From NCBI RefSeq assembly GCF_009914755.1, contig NC_060927.1: 64,000 nucleotides of DNA. The stretch is one strand, 5' to 3'. This stretch comes from the human T2T-CHM13v2.0 reference genome, Homo sapiens. The notes under the pieces were generated by a model. The model was given only the letters and a program-made list of their open reading frames with translations, made no database searches and was not told where the DNA came from. A program made the position numbers and the translations under genes. Below, one piece after another: positions 1 through 12,868 of the stretch (position 1 is its first letter; each line of letters opens with the position of its first letter).

Positions 1-830
1 GAAACCAGCCTCTTAGTCATCTACTTGGTTAGAGACTGACCTGGGATCCCTTTGAGGAGTGACAATGTACTTCTTCAAATAAGCCAGAGGGTACAGTTCA
101 TCCTGGGGAATGTGTAAAAGTTTCACAGAGCCAATTTTATTTTTTCAGAAGGCTTTCTAAAATAATTCAGTAAGTTTAACACCAAATAAAATAATGGGGT
201 GGTTCTTCTTTCAATTCAGCAGTGTACTCTTTCACAGTCCCAGCATCTACAATAAACAATTTTCCCACCAAGTAGAGAAACAGTTTACTGAGATTTAAAG
301 ACAATGCAAAGTAAAAGACTCTCCCGAAAGGCATTAAAAATTAACTAGTGTCTTAAAATCCAGAAGAGAAATGCCAAAATAAAATCTGAATTTTTATCTA
401 ACACAATGTAAACTTGATATAAATCAATGTTGTGCATAAAATCTTTAACATTCCCTCCATCTTGGCCAGCAAGTCCAATTATCCTCCAACATTTTCTGAT
501 CAGTCATGCTGAGCTTATTCACCAGCCCTCCAGTTAGAAAATAATAAAAAGTCTGTAGGTGCATTGACACTCATAGAAAAAAGTTATTCGTGTGAGAACT
601 GCAATCATTTTCTTTAGCGTTAAAAACAACGAAGAGTTCAGAGTCAGGAGGATATTTATTCACAAGAAGTTTCAATAATTTATATTATGCTGTTTTGAGT
701 TAAAATGGGGAAAAGTATTCAAAGTAAATATGACTTGATATTTTTCCACCAAGTCTTATAAGAAAATACTAAGGCTACTGCATTGTGTATTTAATGTTAT
801 TTAGAATTTTTGTTCATATATTTCATTCAC

Positions 831-1025
831 TTGTAAGCAATCCCCGGCAGACTGCATCCTGAGGAAATTGTTTCCCGTGCACGAGTTACTCCAGTCTAGT
901 GAAAGAGACACTCCAAAAATAGATAGGGGCAGTCCAATGTGATACATATTATAGAATGATGTGCCAATTGCTACTGAAATACTGAGAAGAATATGATAAA
1001 ATCTGTGCAGGTTTACTGAAGATGT
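831..1025 (-). other. Candidate internal (probably non-coding) exon of an unidentified minus-strand gene
   Basis: Minus strand reads cttattcatttgcag|ACATC (acceptor AG at 1027-1026) in non-repeat sequence. The donor CAA|gtgaat at 830 is weak and no protein is recognisable. Confidence 0.15.
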
Positions 1026-2442
1026 CTGCAAATGAATAAGTAACACATAAATATGTTGGCTTAATGGCACAAAGTTGTTTCTGATTTCCTCATAATCACC
1101 CAGAGTTTAGGAAAAGAAATGAATGCATATAGGTTTATGTTTGTTAGCAGGATGTAATACTGTCTGGTTTATTGGATTGAGGCAAGAAAATGTAAGATTT
1201 TACAAAAAGGATATTGACCATTTCCCAAAGTTTTAAGTCATTAATCTTGACCTCTGCCACATGTATGAGATGAACAAGAGAAATTTAAGTCAAAAGCCTC
1301 TAAGACTGCCAGTTAGTCATGAATTCAAAGCTAGATGGGCTGACCAAAATGATATCTGGAAAATGTTTAAAGATTGATCATAGAGACAAAGGGATGAAAT
1401 AAGTATAATTTTTAACATGATATTCCTGGAGCTAAACCTTTGTATACTCTCCATCTGCCAACTTTTCCTTATAAGTGGTCTGGGTTTGGTTTAACTCCTT
1501 AAGGGGAGTGCAAGTTTGGGGAACTCAAAGCAATTATAATCAAATCAATATATATAATACATGAATGATGTTCATATATTACATTACCACAAAACACAAA
1601 AGAACATGTTTCAATTAGCAAATGGAGGCTATTTCACATTTATTATTTTAGAAATATATGAAACAGAAGATTAAAAACAAAAATCCTAAGTCATAGAAGA
1701 GAAAGAAGCTAGGGAAAAGATTACTGTTTTGGAAGGTGTTCAAGAAATCTTTATGGTGTATCTACTAAGGACCAGCCACTCTTCAAAGCACTGGAGATAC
1801 CTTGTGGTCCAGTGTTTAGTACTGGTCCAGTTTAGTACTCATAAATAATTTTCCTAGGATACACTGTTAAAGCAATGTAGCGATAATAAAATCAGAAATA
1901 TTATCAGAGCAAATTGGTTTTACTAACTTGAAGTTTTCAGACTGCTCCTTGAGATTCAAATTATCTTCATGTATTAGAAATAAACTGATGCAGTTCAGAA
2001 AAACCACATCAACAACTCTAAGACATGTGTCATGTTGATAATCTCATATGATTTTTATTTTTCTTTATTTTATGGCATAGCATTTCTGAAGTATATAAAA
2101 TTCTAATCATTAACTTTAATATAAAATAATAATTTACATTTAATTCCACAATTAAATGCACTTCAAGAGATCCTACTAAATCCATTTAAGGCACTGCTTC
2201 AGACCTAGTAATCTCTTCTCTTTAATGCATCCTCTGATAAAAAATATATATATTTATATATATAAATTTATATATAAATATATATATATATACTGATCTG
2301 CATACTCTAGTGAGTTTTCAAATTTTACATAATGTAAATGAACATACCTATTAATAAGTGATGTTGCTTATGGGAAACCATTAATAAATGCCAGTACATT
2401 TCACCTTTTAGTGTTCTTTATTGTTAATTTTTACTGGAAAAC

Positions 2443-2790
2443 TGTATTGGTTCCTTCTCACAGCTGCTATGAAGAAATACATGAGACTAGGTAATTTATA
2501 AAGAAAAGAGGCTTAATTGACTCACAGTTCCGCTTGGCTGGGGAGGCCTCAGGAAACTTACAATCATGACAAAAGGTACCTCTTCACAGGGTGGCAGGAC
2601 TGAGAATGAGTGCCGAGTGCCGAGCAAAGCAAGAAGCCACTTATAAGACCATCAGATCTCGTGAGAACTCACTCACTATCACGAGAACAGTGTGGCAGAA
2701 ACCGCCCCCATGATTCAATTCTCTTCACCTGATCCTGCCGTTGACATGTGGGGATTATTCTGGCTGAAGACACAGAACCAAAGCATATCA
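2443..2790 (-). mobile_element. Solo THE1 (THE1D-like) MaLR LTR
   Basis: Termini TGTATT...CATATCA, typical core (gaggcctcaggaaacttacaatcatg), 5-bp TSD aaaac/aatac. Confidence 0.85.
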
Positions 2791-3649
2791 AATACTTAAT
2801 CTTGGATATTTGGAATGGAAAACACTTGTTTTGTTCTGCACAACAGTTAAAATTATTTTCACTCTGCCAATTAACATTGTGTGAGTCATAGCAGAATTAA
2901 CATATACATATAGTGATATCTAAAAATTATTAAAATAATTGCTAGATAGATATGAAAGGACTGGGTGGTAGATATAAAAAATAGTTGTGAAATACTATTT
3001 TCTCTACATCTATATCCTTTCAAGGAGATAGTGCAGATTGTTCAGTCAAAAGTGAAATCCATTTCCCCAAATTTTGAGTTGGCCATAAGACTTAGTTTTG
3101 CCAAGGAAATATTGGAAAACTTGATATAAGAAGCTGGAAAAGGTTGTGCTTAGGGGCTTGCTCTGTTACCGTTCTTTGGAACCCCAAGGAGCTAGGGCTA
3201 CCTGCTGCAGGATGGGAGATCTTTTTCAGCAGAACAAACCATATCAGCCTAGTCAATTCCCTCAGCCAACCATTAGCCATGGAGTAATTCTGGTGGTAAC
3301 GATTATATCCATTCCCTTATGCTACTGGTAAAACTTAGAGTAGGGTATTGTAATAGAGATGTGTTTCTCCTGGTTCTTCTGCATCCACATCTTCTATTTC
3401 AGTCTATATATATCTTTGTTTCAGATTTGACTTTTTTTTTTAGCTTTGATCCCAAACCAAACTGGCTGCTTTCTGTCACCAGAACTCAGATTTTGTTTCC
3501 TAGGTAATCAAAAAATTATCCTGTAAACAAGAGTTTCTCTAAGCTTGCTGTAGAATTTAGCAGCTATTTCTGATGTCCCTGGTAATTGTAATATTAGCAG
3601 TTCTTACAGTAGCTTCCTTTATAACCAAAGATGCTTGATAAAATGCCAT

Positions 3650-4747
3650 GTGTTGGGAGTGAGGCATTGCTATAAAGATATCTGAAAATGCAAAAGTGAC
3701 TTTGGAACTGGGTAACAGGCAGAGGTTGGAACAGTTTGGAGGACTCAGAAAAAGACATGAAGATGAGAGAGAGTTTGGAACTTTCTAGAGTCTTGTTAAA
3801 TGATTGTGACAAAAGTGCTGATAGTGATGTGGACAATAAAGTCCAGGCTGAGGAGGACTCAGATGGAAATTAGGAACTTGCTTTGAACTAAAATAAAGGT
3901 CACTCACTATGCTTTAGCAAAGAGGCTGGCAGCACTGTGCCCCTGCTCTAGGGATCTGTGAAACTTTGAACTTGCAAGTGATGATTTAGGGTATCTGGTG
4001 GTTATATTTCTAAGCAGCAGAGTGTTCAATATGTGACCTGGCTGCTTCTAACAGCATATGGTCATATGTGTGAATAAAGAGATGATCTGAAACTGGAACT
4101 TATATTTAAAAGGGAAGCAGAGCATAAAAGTTTGGAAAATTTGTAGCCTGGCCATGTGGTAGAGAAGAAAAACCCATTTTCTGGGGAGAAATTCAAGCCT
4201 GCTGCACAAATTTCCATAAGTAAAGGGGAGTTGAATGTTAATAGCCAAGATGTTGGAGAAAATGCCTCCAAGACATTTCAGAGTTTTTTCAACAGACCCT
4301 CCTGTTACAGGCATGGGGGCCTAAGAGGAAAAATTGGTTTTGTGGGCCAGGCCCAGGGCCCTCCTGTTCTTTGCAGTCTCTGGACATAGCGTCCTGGATC
4401 CCAGCTGCTCCAGCTCCAGCTGTGGCTAAAAGGGCCAGATATGTTTCAGGCTGCCGCTTCAGAGGGTGCAAGCTAGCAGCCACCAAGGTTTCCCTGTGGT
4501 GTTAAACTTGAGGATGAACAGACGGCAAGACTCTCTCTCTCTCTCTCTCCCCACTGCCTCCCAGCTGGCCATATGACTATGTGCTATGTGCTTGCTTCCC
4601 CTTCACCTTCTGCCATGATTGTAAATTTCCCGAGGGTTCCCCAGCCTCACCTCCTGTATGGCATGCAGTACTGAGTCAATTAAGCCTCTTTTCTTTATGA
4701 ATTACCCAGTCTTAGGTAGTTCTTTATAGCCATGTGAGAATAGCTAA
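3650..4747 (+). mobile_element. MST-family MaLR fragment: internal region joined to the 3' part of an LTR
   Basis: MST-int-like sequence (gactttggaactgggtaacaggcagaggttgg) to ~4530, then LTR 3' half (ttctgccatgattgtaa...ttacccagtcttaggtagttctttatagc). Confidence 0.8.
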
Positions 4748-5134
4748 GAGTTTCTCTAAGCTTGCTGCAGAATTCAGCAGCCATTTCTGATTTCCCTGGT
4801 AATTCCTTTTCTTATTATTATTGTGACATTAGCAGTTCTTACAAGAGCTTCCTTCAAAAGCAAAGAGGCTTGGTGAAATGCCTTCTGTTCTGGGCTTTGA
4901 TGATGGAAAAAGCATTTAGACATTTCTGGGCTTTGGGTTGGAATGTGAAAGGTGACCAAGTGACTTTAATCAGGCAAGGGAATTTTTAGGGTAAATTAGA
5001 CTTGAGCAGATTGAAAATGTATTAGCCCATTGTGCTTTTCTGTTTCTAGCAAACATATTCCCAAAAAGTAACTTCCTCTTTCTGAGATAGAGCCTTGTTT
5101 AACTCAACCATCCATCCAACCATGACTTTATGGG

Positions 5135-6336
5135 CAGTGATCATGTATCAGTTAATGATGGAAATACATTATGAGAAATGCATCCTTAGGCAATTTTGTT
5201 GTGCAAATGTCATAGAGTGTACTTACACAAACCTGGAGGTATAGCCTACCGCATAGCTGAGCTATAGAACATACCCTATTGCTTCTAGACTGCAAACCTG
5301 TACAAAAGGTTACTTTACTGAATACTGTATGCAATTGTTACACAATGGTATTTGTGTATATAAACATATCTAAACATAGAAAAGGTAGAGTAAAAACATG
5401 TTATACATTTGTTTTCAATGATTCACCAGTATAAGGCACTTACCATGAATGGAGTTACAAGACTGAATTTGCTCTGAATGAGCCAGTGAGTGACTGGTGA
5501 GTTAATGTGAAGATCTAGGATATTGCTATATACTGCTGTAGACTTTATGAACACTGTACACTTAGACTACACTAAATTTATTTTACAAAATTCTTTCTTT
5601 ACTAATAAATTAACCTTACCTTACTGAAACTTTTTTCTTTGTAAACTTTTCAATATGAATATTTTACTCTTTTGTAACAACATTTAGCTTAAACACACAC
5701 ATTCTACAGCTACACAAAAATATTTTCTTTCTGTATATATCCTTAGTTTATAAGCTTTTATTCAATTTTTGACATTTTTTAAACTTTTAAACTTTTTTGT
5801 TTAAAAGTAAGACATGAACACACACATTAGCCTGGATCCAGGATCCGGGTCATCAATATCACTGCCTTCCACCTCCACATCTTGACCCACTGGAAGGACT
5901 GCAGAACAATAGCACACGGAGCCGTCGTCTCTACGGTAACACTGCCTTCTTCTGCAACACCTCCTGAAGGGCCTGCCTCAGGCTGTTTTACAATTAACTT
6001 TTTTTTTTAAGTAGGAGTACATTCTAAAATAACAGTAAAGAGTATAGTATAGTAAATACACAAAACCAGTAACATAGTCATTTATTATCAAGTATTCTGT
6101 ACCATACATATTTGCATGTGCTTCACTATTACAAGACTAACAGTGCAGTAAATTTTTTTACATCAGCACCACCATAAACAAGTGAGTAATGTTATGCTGC
6201 AGCATTACAATGGCTATAACTTCATTAAGCGATAGTTATTTTTTAGCTTCATTATAATCTCGTGGGTCCACCAGTGTGTATATATCATGTATATGGTCCA
6301 TCACTGACTGAATCATGGTTAGGGTGTGCATGACTG
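5135..6336 (-). mobile_element. Tigger3 (Golem/Tigger3b-like) DNA transposon, ~1.2 kb non-autonomous
   Basis: Ends gtgcatgactg|TA; subterminal motifs attataatctcgtgggtccacc and gagaaatgcatccttaggcaattt. Confidence 0.8.
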
Positions 6337-6413
6337 TATATAAATATGTATTTAGGAGTTAGTGTCTGCGTGAGGTACTGGGTGTGAAAAAATAGTTAAG
6401 AAATAAACCCTAT

Positions 6414-6751
6414 TGCAATGGAATGAATAATTGTGTCTCCTCAGAATTCATATGTTGAAACCATAATCTCCATGTGATGATGTCTGAAGGTAGGGCCTTT
6501 GGGAGCTAATTAGGTCATGGGGATGGAGTCCTCTTGAATGGGTATAGCGACTTCATAAGAACAGGCCAGAGACCTAGCTCTCTTTCTACATGATGTGAGG
6601 ATAAAGCAAGAAGACCCTCACCAAGAGACCAACCCTGCTGGCACCCTGATCTCAAAGTTCTCAGTCTCCAGAACTATGAGAAGTAAGCACTTATTCTTTA
6701 AGCCACCCGGTTTATTGTATTGTGTTATAGAAGGCCAAGGTGACTAAGATA
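6414..6751 (+). mobile_element. MLT1A-family MaLR solo LTR
   Basis: Starts TG..tgtgtctcctcagaattcatatgttgaaacc, ends gactaagata; internal ctccagaactatgag and taagccaccc motifs. Confidence 0.8.
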
Positions 6752-9700
6752 TCTGATCTCAAGAATAACTTATACTCCCCATTTTCACAATAAAATAAGG
6801 GATGTGTGAAGAAAAATAAATACTAACAAAGAGCCCCTTATTCACAATTTACACAGTTACTACATTTTTACAAAAATTCCAGTTTATGAAGTGATGAATG
6901 ATAAAAAATTACAATATTTTGGATCATATATATACATATGGTCAAAAATAGAATATATATATAAAAACATATATATATTCTAAAAGTGAATGCTTTAAAT
7001 GCCTATTTTTTCTATAATCCAGGATATAAATGGTATCCAATGATTATTCCTATTCAAACCTTCTATTTCAGCCAGAAGGGTGCTAGTTAAGTGTTTTCGT
7101 GGTTTGTAAGAATAAAAGGTGCCTCTGTAAGCCTCCATTCAGAGTGTTTTTGCCTTAAGTACAGCTTACATCCATTAACCTAACCACTCAGTCACAGAGA
7201 AGTTCTTATCACCACATTGTCCTTGGTTGTCCCTGCTCTGCCCTGAAATATTCAAACTGAGACCATATTCTTCAACAGCAGCATTGGTATGTATGAGATG
7301 TAACATCTAAATAGAATACTATTACTTAAAGATGTTAAAACACAAAGGAAATAATCGTATTAATGTACATGATCTCCAATTACCAAAAACAGTGAAAAAT
7401 AGAATCTGGTTCTTGTCTTTTTTAAAAAAATAGGAGAAACACATTTATGTAATTCTTCAGTTTTTATGACAATTGTCACTGACTGGGAAATGTATCAGAG
7501 TAGTCTGCAAGGAGACTCATTCACATTTAACAGAATCAATACAAAGGCGATATGTCATAAGGAATGTGGAGCCAGACACAGCTAGGGTTGAAGCCTGCCT
7601 ATGCTTCTTACAGGTTGTGTCATTAGCCTTTTTTCTTTATTTTCAAAATGGGTGTGATAATATTTATCCTGTAAACTCAGAAAAAAGTAAAGTGTCATTA
7701 TCATGTAAAAAGAGATAGCCAAGGTGTAACAAATGGTCATGTCCCTTTTCATTTTTGGAAAATACACTTTAGTATAGTCTATTAGAGTGTAATTACAATT
7801 ATAAGGAAATAAGTTAGTTCATTAAGGATTAATAAAACTATATATGTATACAATTGGCTTAAGGTCAAGTTAGTTTATTCTTTTTTTCTTCATTTGTGGC
7901 TTTTTACCCCTTAAAAATGCTCTTAATTATGAACCCCTGCTTTTATTCATATAATTATATGTTCTCTTCATGTAAAGGCATAATTTTAAAAATTGCTTTA
8001 TGTTTGCTTTCATGTTAACTTAACAGATACACTGGCCACAGAATACGAGAATGTGCTTTGAAACTTTATAACAAAGTGTAAAAGGGAAAGTGAATAATTG
8101 AGGCAATCATGATATAATGTTTTCCCTATTTCTATCATAAGTGGGATATTCACTTGGAATCATTCTTTTTAGGGTTTATCATGGATTAGTTCTAGGGAAA
8201 GTTTTCAATTCCATTTTTTCCATGCATCCATCCAGGAATGAAATGGTACATTTCTGTGTACCATAGATGTGATTAACATATCCTCTTTAATCTTTAAAAA
8301 TACTGAGATTTTGGAGATAAAATGTTATAAAAATCTACATTAATTTTTAGAAGAAAAAAGAAATCGCCACTTTTTAAGATGACTGAGAGATATGAATAGC
8401 TGACTTGTGATACAAGCATTAATTAATTTGTGGCCACTTTACTGATACAGTGCTTAAACCATAATTATTTTACAATTCCTATTCTAATTTGGAATTCTTC
8501 CAACATCATCTTCTAAAACAAACATGTTGTAATAAGAGGTATTTTCAAAACAAAAGTAATTTCAATGACCAATTTATAACAACAGTTATGTTAGCTCAAT
8601 TTCTACCTCACTTTTCCTGTCCTGATATCAATTTCCATTTCAGGGCCTCTGGTTTCTATTCCACAAAGTAATGAAATGAGAAATATACCACAGAGTATCT
8701 TCCACTTTTGATATTCTGAGATTTTAGTCCTAATATTTTACTTCATTTGTAAGTTTTATGTCACAAATAAATCAAAACACATGACTGAACCTGCAATGGA
8801 GCCTAGCTTTTTCAGAGATAGCCTAAAATAGTAATTTTAACAAAAACACACATTTGTTGCTGTGATAGCTTACATTTGCATAAGACTTGGCTGATAATTA
8901 TAAAGAATCATGGATTAAAGTATTCAATTTCTAATTTAGCTTTAATTCAATATCATTTTCTTTGTAAAAAAGCATTATTTCAGGTGATCAGTTATACTTT
9001 GCTAAATAAGAAAGCTGGGCTTAAACTCTTATTTAATTTCTAAGCTATGTATTCAATATTATTTTTGGTATGTAAAGGAGTATTCCAGCCCATAAATCAT
9101 CCAGGTCTAAGTAGGGAATATAAACTCACTTTCATTCTACAAATTGGGTTTTCCTTTTTTAAATGTAACTATATTTTGCTTGCAGATGTGTTTCTAGGTT
9201 TCAACGGCTGATTAGAGAGAATGCTAGCTGAAAATGCAATGCACTCAGGGAATCTTAGAGTGTGCTCAGTTCTTTGTTTTCATTTATTTTGAAAATATGT
9301 TTGTTTATCTGGATTTAAATAGGATACCAGGACTCCAACAAGGAGGTTTGAAATGGTAATATAGAGATTATGTATGTATACATGTGTGTATATATGTACA
9401 TACAGATTTTAAAAGCACTCTATGTTAATGAGCTTGGATAAATTATATTTTTATGGAAAGAACAATATAATTTGTTTGTGTAGGCATTATACTCCTAAGA
9501 AAAAGTAAAATTTTAATGGAAGAAGAAATTGGGAAGTAAACATCTCAGAGAGCTAAAAGTAATGAGAAAGTATACATTGATGGCTTATGTGATATAACAG
9601 AAAGCGGAGTTCCAGTTTAAACTGCTTAATAAGGAATATCTTGAACAAGAAACTATAGTTCCTCTGAGCATAATATTTTGTATAGTCACAGGTGTAACAT

Positions 9701-10605
9701 AGTCACCCCACAAACTAAAAGACATCCCAGGAAAACTGAGAGTGATAAAAATGACTAAATGTTAGATGTGACTAATATTTAAGAAATATACTGGACAAAT
9801 ATGTAGTGTGTTTCAGGAAAATGAAAATGTGTGTCAAAGCTGGAGGAAATATGCAATGAAAAATAATGTACAAAAAATGGAGATAGGATAAATGATCAAA
9901 TAACACCACTATAAAGAGAAAACAAAAACAAGAAAAAAGAAAAATAATTTGAAATTGTTGGTATGACTAAATATATGAATACATACAATTATTTGTAATA
10001 TGGTTGACCAAACTATCCTAATATTTTCTTTTTTACTTGGATTTCTATTTGCTCATAAAAATGCATGGTTGTTCAGTAACCAAAAAAAAATACTACTGCA
10101 GATTTTGTTAGATTAAAGTATATTGGTACTTCCAATTTTCTAGAAAATTTTCTGCTTTTCATATAATTTTTACATAAATTATTTCAAATAACAAATAGTA
10201 GAATACAGTTAAATAAATCTTCATCTTTTATTGAAATGAATTCAAGAGACCATCAGCTACCTGATAGTGAGATATGCACTTAGTGAAACATTATTTGGGA
10301 TATTCAGATTCAGAGGTTATAAAGTAATAATGAACAAAAGGGACGCTTGTGAAATACTGTTACAAATATTTTTAAATGAATCTGAATTATATCGTAAAAC
10401 ACACAATTTTATTACCTATGTATCAGATGGGAGAGATTGATTATGGGGCATCTGTAGTCTTTACATGTGGAAATATATTCTTAATATGGATCTCCATACA
10501 CATTTAAATTATGGTGTTTAAACCTAATTAGTTTTATTTCAATATTTTTATTTGAAATAAGAGATATGTTACCAAATGGCAAATCTCTACATTTCTTTTC
10601 TGGTT

Positions 10606-12868
10606 TGATATGGTTTTGCTGTGTCCCCACCCAAATCTCATCTTGAATTGTAACTCCCACAATTCCCATGTGTTGTGAGAGGAACCTGGTGGGAGGTGAT
10701 TGAATTATGGGGATGGGTCTTTTTTGTGCTACTCTCATGATAGTGAATAAGTCTCACATGCTCGGATGGCTTTAAAAACAGGAGTTTGCCTGCACGAGCT
10801 CTTTGCTGTCATCCATGTAAGATGTGACTTGCTCCTACTTGCCTTCCACCATGATTGTGAGACTTCCCCAGCCACATGGAACTGTAAGTCCATTAAAATC
10901 TCTTTTTCTTCCCAGTCTCAGGCATGTCTTCATCAGCAGCATAAAAACAGACTAATACAGTAAATGAGTACAGTGGGGTCCTGCTGAAAAGATACACAAA
11001 AAAAGTGGCAGTGGCTTTGCAAGTTGGAAACAGGCAGAAGTTGGAATAGTTTGGAGGGCTGAGAAGAAGACAGGAAAATGTGAGAAAGTTTGGAACTCCC
11101 TAGAGACTTGTTGAATGGCTTTGACCGAAAGGCTGATAGTGGTACAGACAGTGAAATCCAGGCTAAGGTGTTCTCAGATGGAGATGAGGATCTTGTTGGA
11201 AACTGGAGTAAGGGTGAATCTTGCAAAGAGACTGGTGACATTTTGCCCCTGCCCTAGAGACTGTGGAACTTTGAACTTGAGAGAGATGATTTAAGGTATC
11301 TGGCAGAAGAAATTTCTAAGCAGCAAAGCATTCAAGATGTGATATGGGTGCTGTTAAAAGCATTCAGTTTTATAACAGAAGCAGAGCATAAAAGTTTGGA
11401 AAATTTGCAGCCTGACAATATGATAGAAAATAAAATCCCAATTTTTGAGGAGAAATTCAAGCCACCTGCAGAAATTTGCATAAATAATGAGGATCCAAAT
11501 GTTAATTCCGAAGGCAATGTGGAAAATGCCTCCAGGGCATGTCAGAGGTCTTCATGGCAGCCCCTTCCATCACAGGCCTGGAGGTCTAGGACTAAAAAGT
11601 GGTTTTGTGTTCCAGGTCTAGAGTCCCCCTACTCTGTTCAGCCTAGGGACTTGGTGCCCCGTGTTCCAGCAACTCCAGCCATGGCTGAAAGGGAGCTTGG
11701 CCCATGGCTTCAGAGGGTGCAAGCCCCAAGCCTTAGCAGCTTCCATGTGGTGTTGAACCTACAAGTGCACAGAAGTCAATAATTGACGTTTGGGAACCTC
11801 CACCTAGATTTCAGAGGATATATGGAAATGCCTGGATACCCAGGCAGAAGTTCATCACAGGGGAAGGGACCTCATGGAGAAACACTGCTAGGGCAGTGTG
11901 GAAGGGAAATGTGGGGTCAGAGCCCCCACACAGAGTCCCTACTGGTGCACCACCTAGTGGAACTCTGAGAAGAGGGCCAACATCCTCCAGATCCCAGAAT
12001 GGTAGATCCACCAACAGCTTGTGCTGTTCACCTGGAAAAGCCACAGACACTCAAGTCCAGCCCATAAAAGCAGCCAGGAGGGAGGCTGTACCCTGCAAAG
12101 GCACAGGGGTGGAGCTGCCCAAGACCATGGGAACACGACTCTTGCATCAGCATGACCTGGATGTGAGGCATGGAGTCAAAGGAGATCATTTTGGAGCTTT
12201 AAGGTTCTACTACTCTGCTGGATTTCAGAATTGCATGGGGGCTGTGGCCCCTTTGTTTTGGTCACTTTTTCCATTTGGAACAGATATATTTACCCAATGC
12301 CTGTACTTCCATTGTATCTAGGAAGTAACTAACTTGTTTTTGATTTTACAGGCTCATAGGCAAAAGGGACTTGCCTTGTCTCAAATGAGATGTTGGACTG
12401 TGGACTTTTGAGTTAATGCTAAAATGAGTTAAAGCTCTGGGGGACTGTTAGGAAGGCATGATTGGTTTTGTAATGTGAGGACATGAGATTTGGGAGGGGC
12501 CAGGGCAGAATTATATGAGTTGGCTGTGTCCCCACCCAAATCTCAACATGAATTGTAACTCCCACAATTCCAGCATGTAGTAGGAGGAATCCAGTAGGAG
12601 GTGAATAAATTATGAGGGTGGGCCTTTCTTGTGCTGTTCTTGTGACAGTGAATGAATCTCCTGAGATCTGATGGCTTTAAAAATGGGAGTTTGCCTGCAC
12701 AAGCTCTTTGGCTGCTGCCATCCACGTAAGATGTGACTTGCTCTTCCTTGCCTTCCATCATGATTGTGAGGCTTCCCCAGTCATGTGGAAGTGTAAGTCC
12801 ATTAAAACCTCTTTTTCTTCTCAGTCTAGGGTATGTCTTTATTAGCAGCTTGAATATGAACTAATACA
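10606..12868 (+). mobile_element. Full-length THE1 element (THE1A/B-like): LTR 10606-10959, internal 10960-12510, LTR 12511-12868
   Basis: Two ~355-bp LTRs (TGATATGG...CTAATACA), THE1-int sequence between them, TSD tggtt/tggtc. Confidence 0.93.

Noticed and set aside
801-1070. 89-aa hydrophobic ORF on the minus strand
   Set aside because: Non-ATG start and no recognisable family; kept only as a weak non-coding exon candidate.
10933-12321. ORFs up to 147 aa in the THE1 internal region (similar ones at 52013-53290 and 4048-4486)
   Set aside because: Decayed MaLR internal sequence, not host genes.
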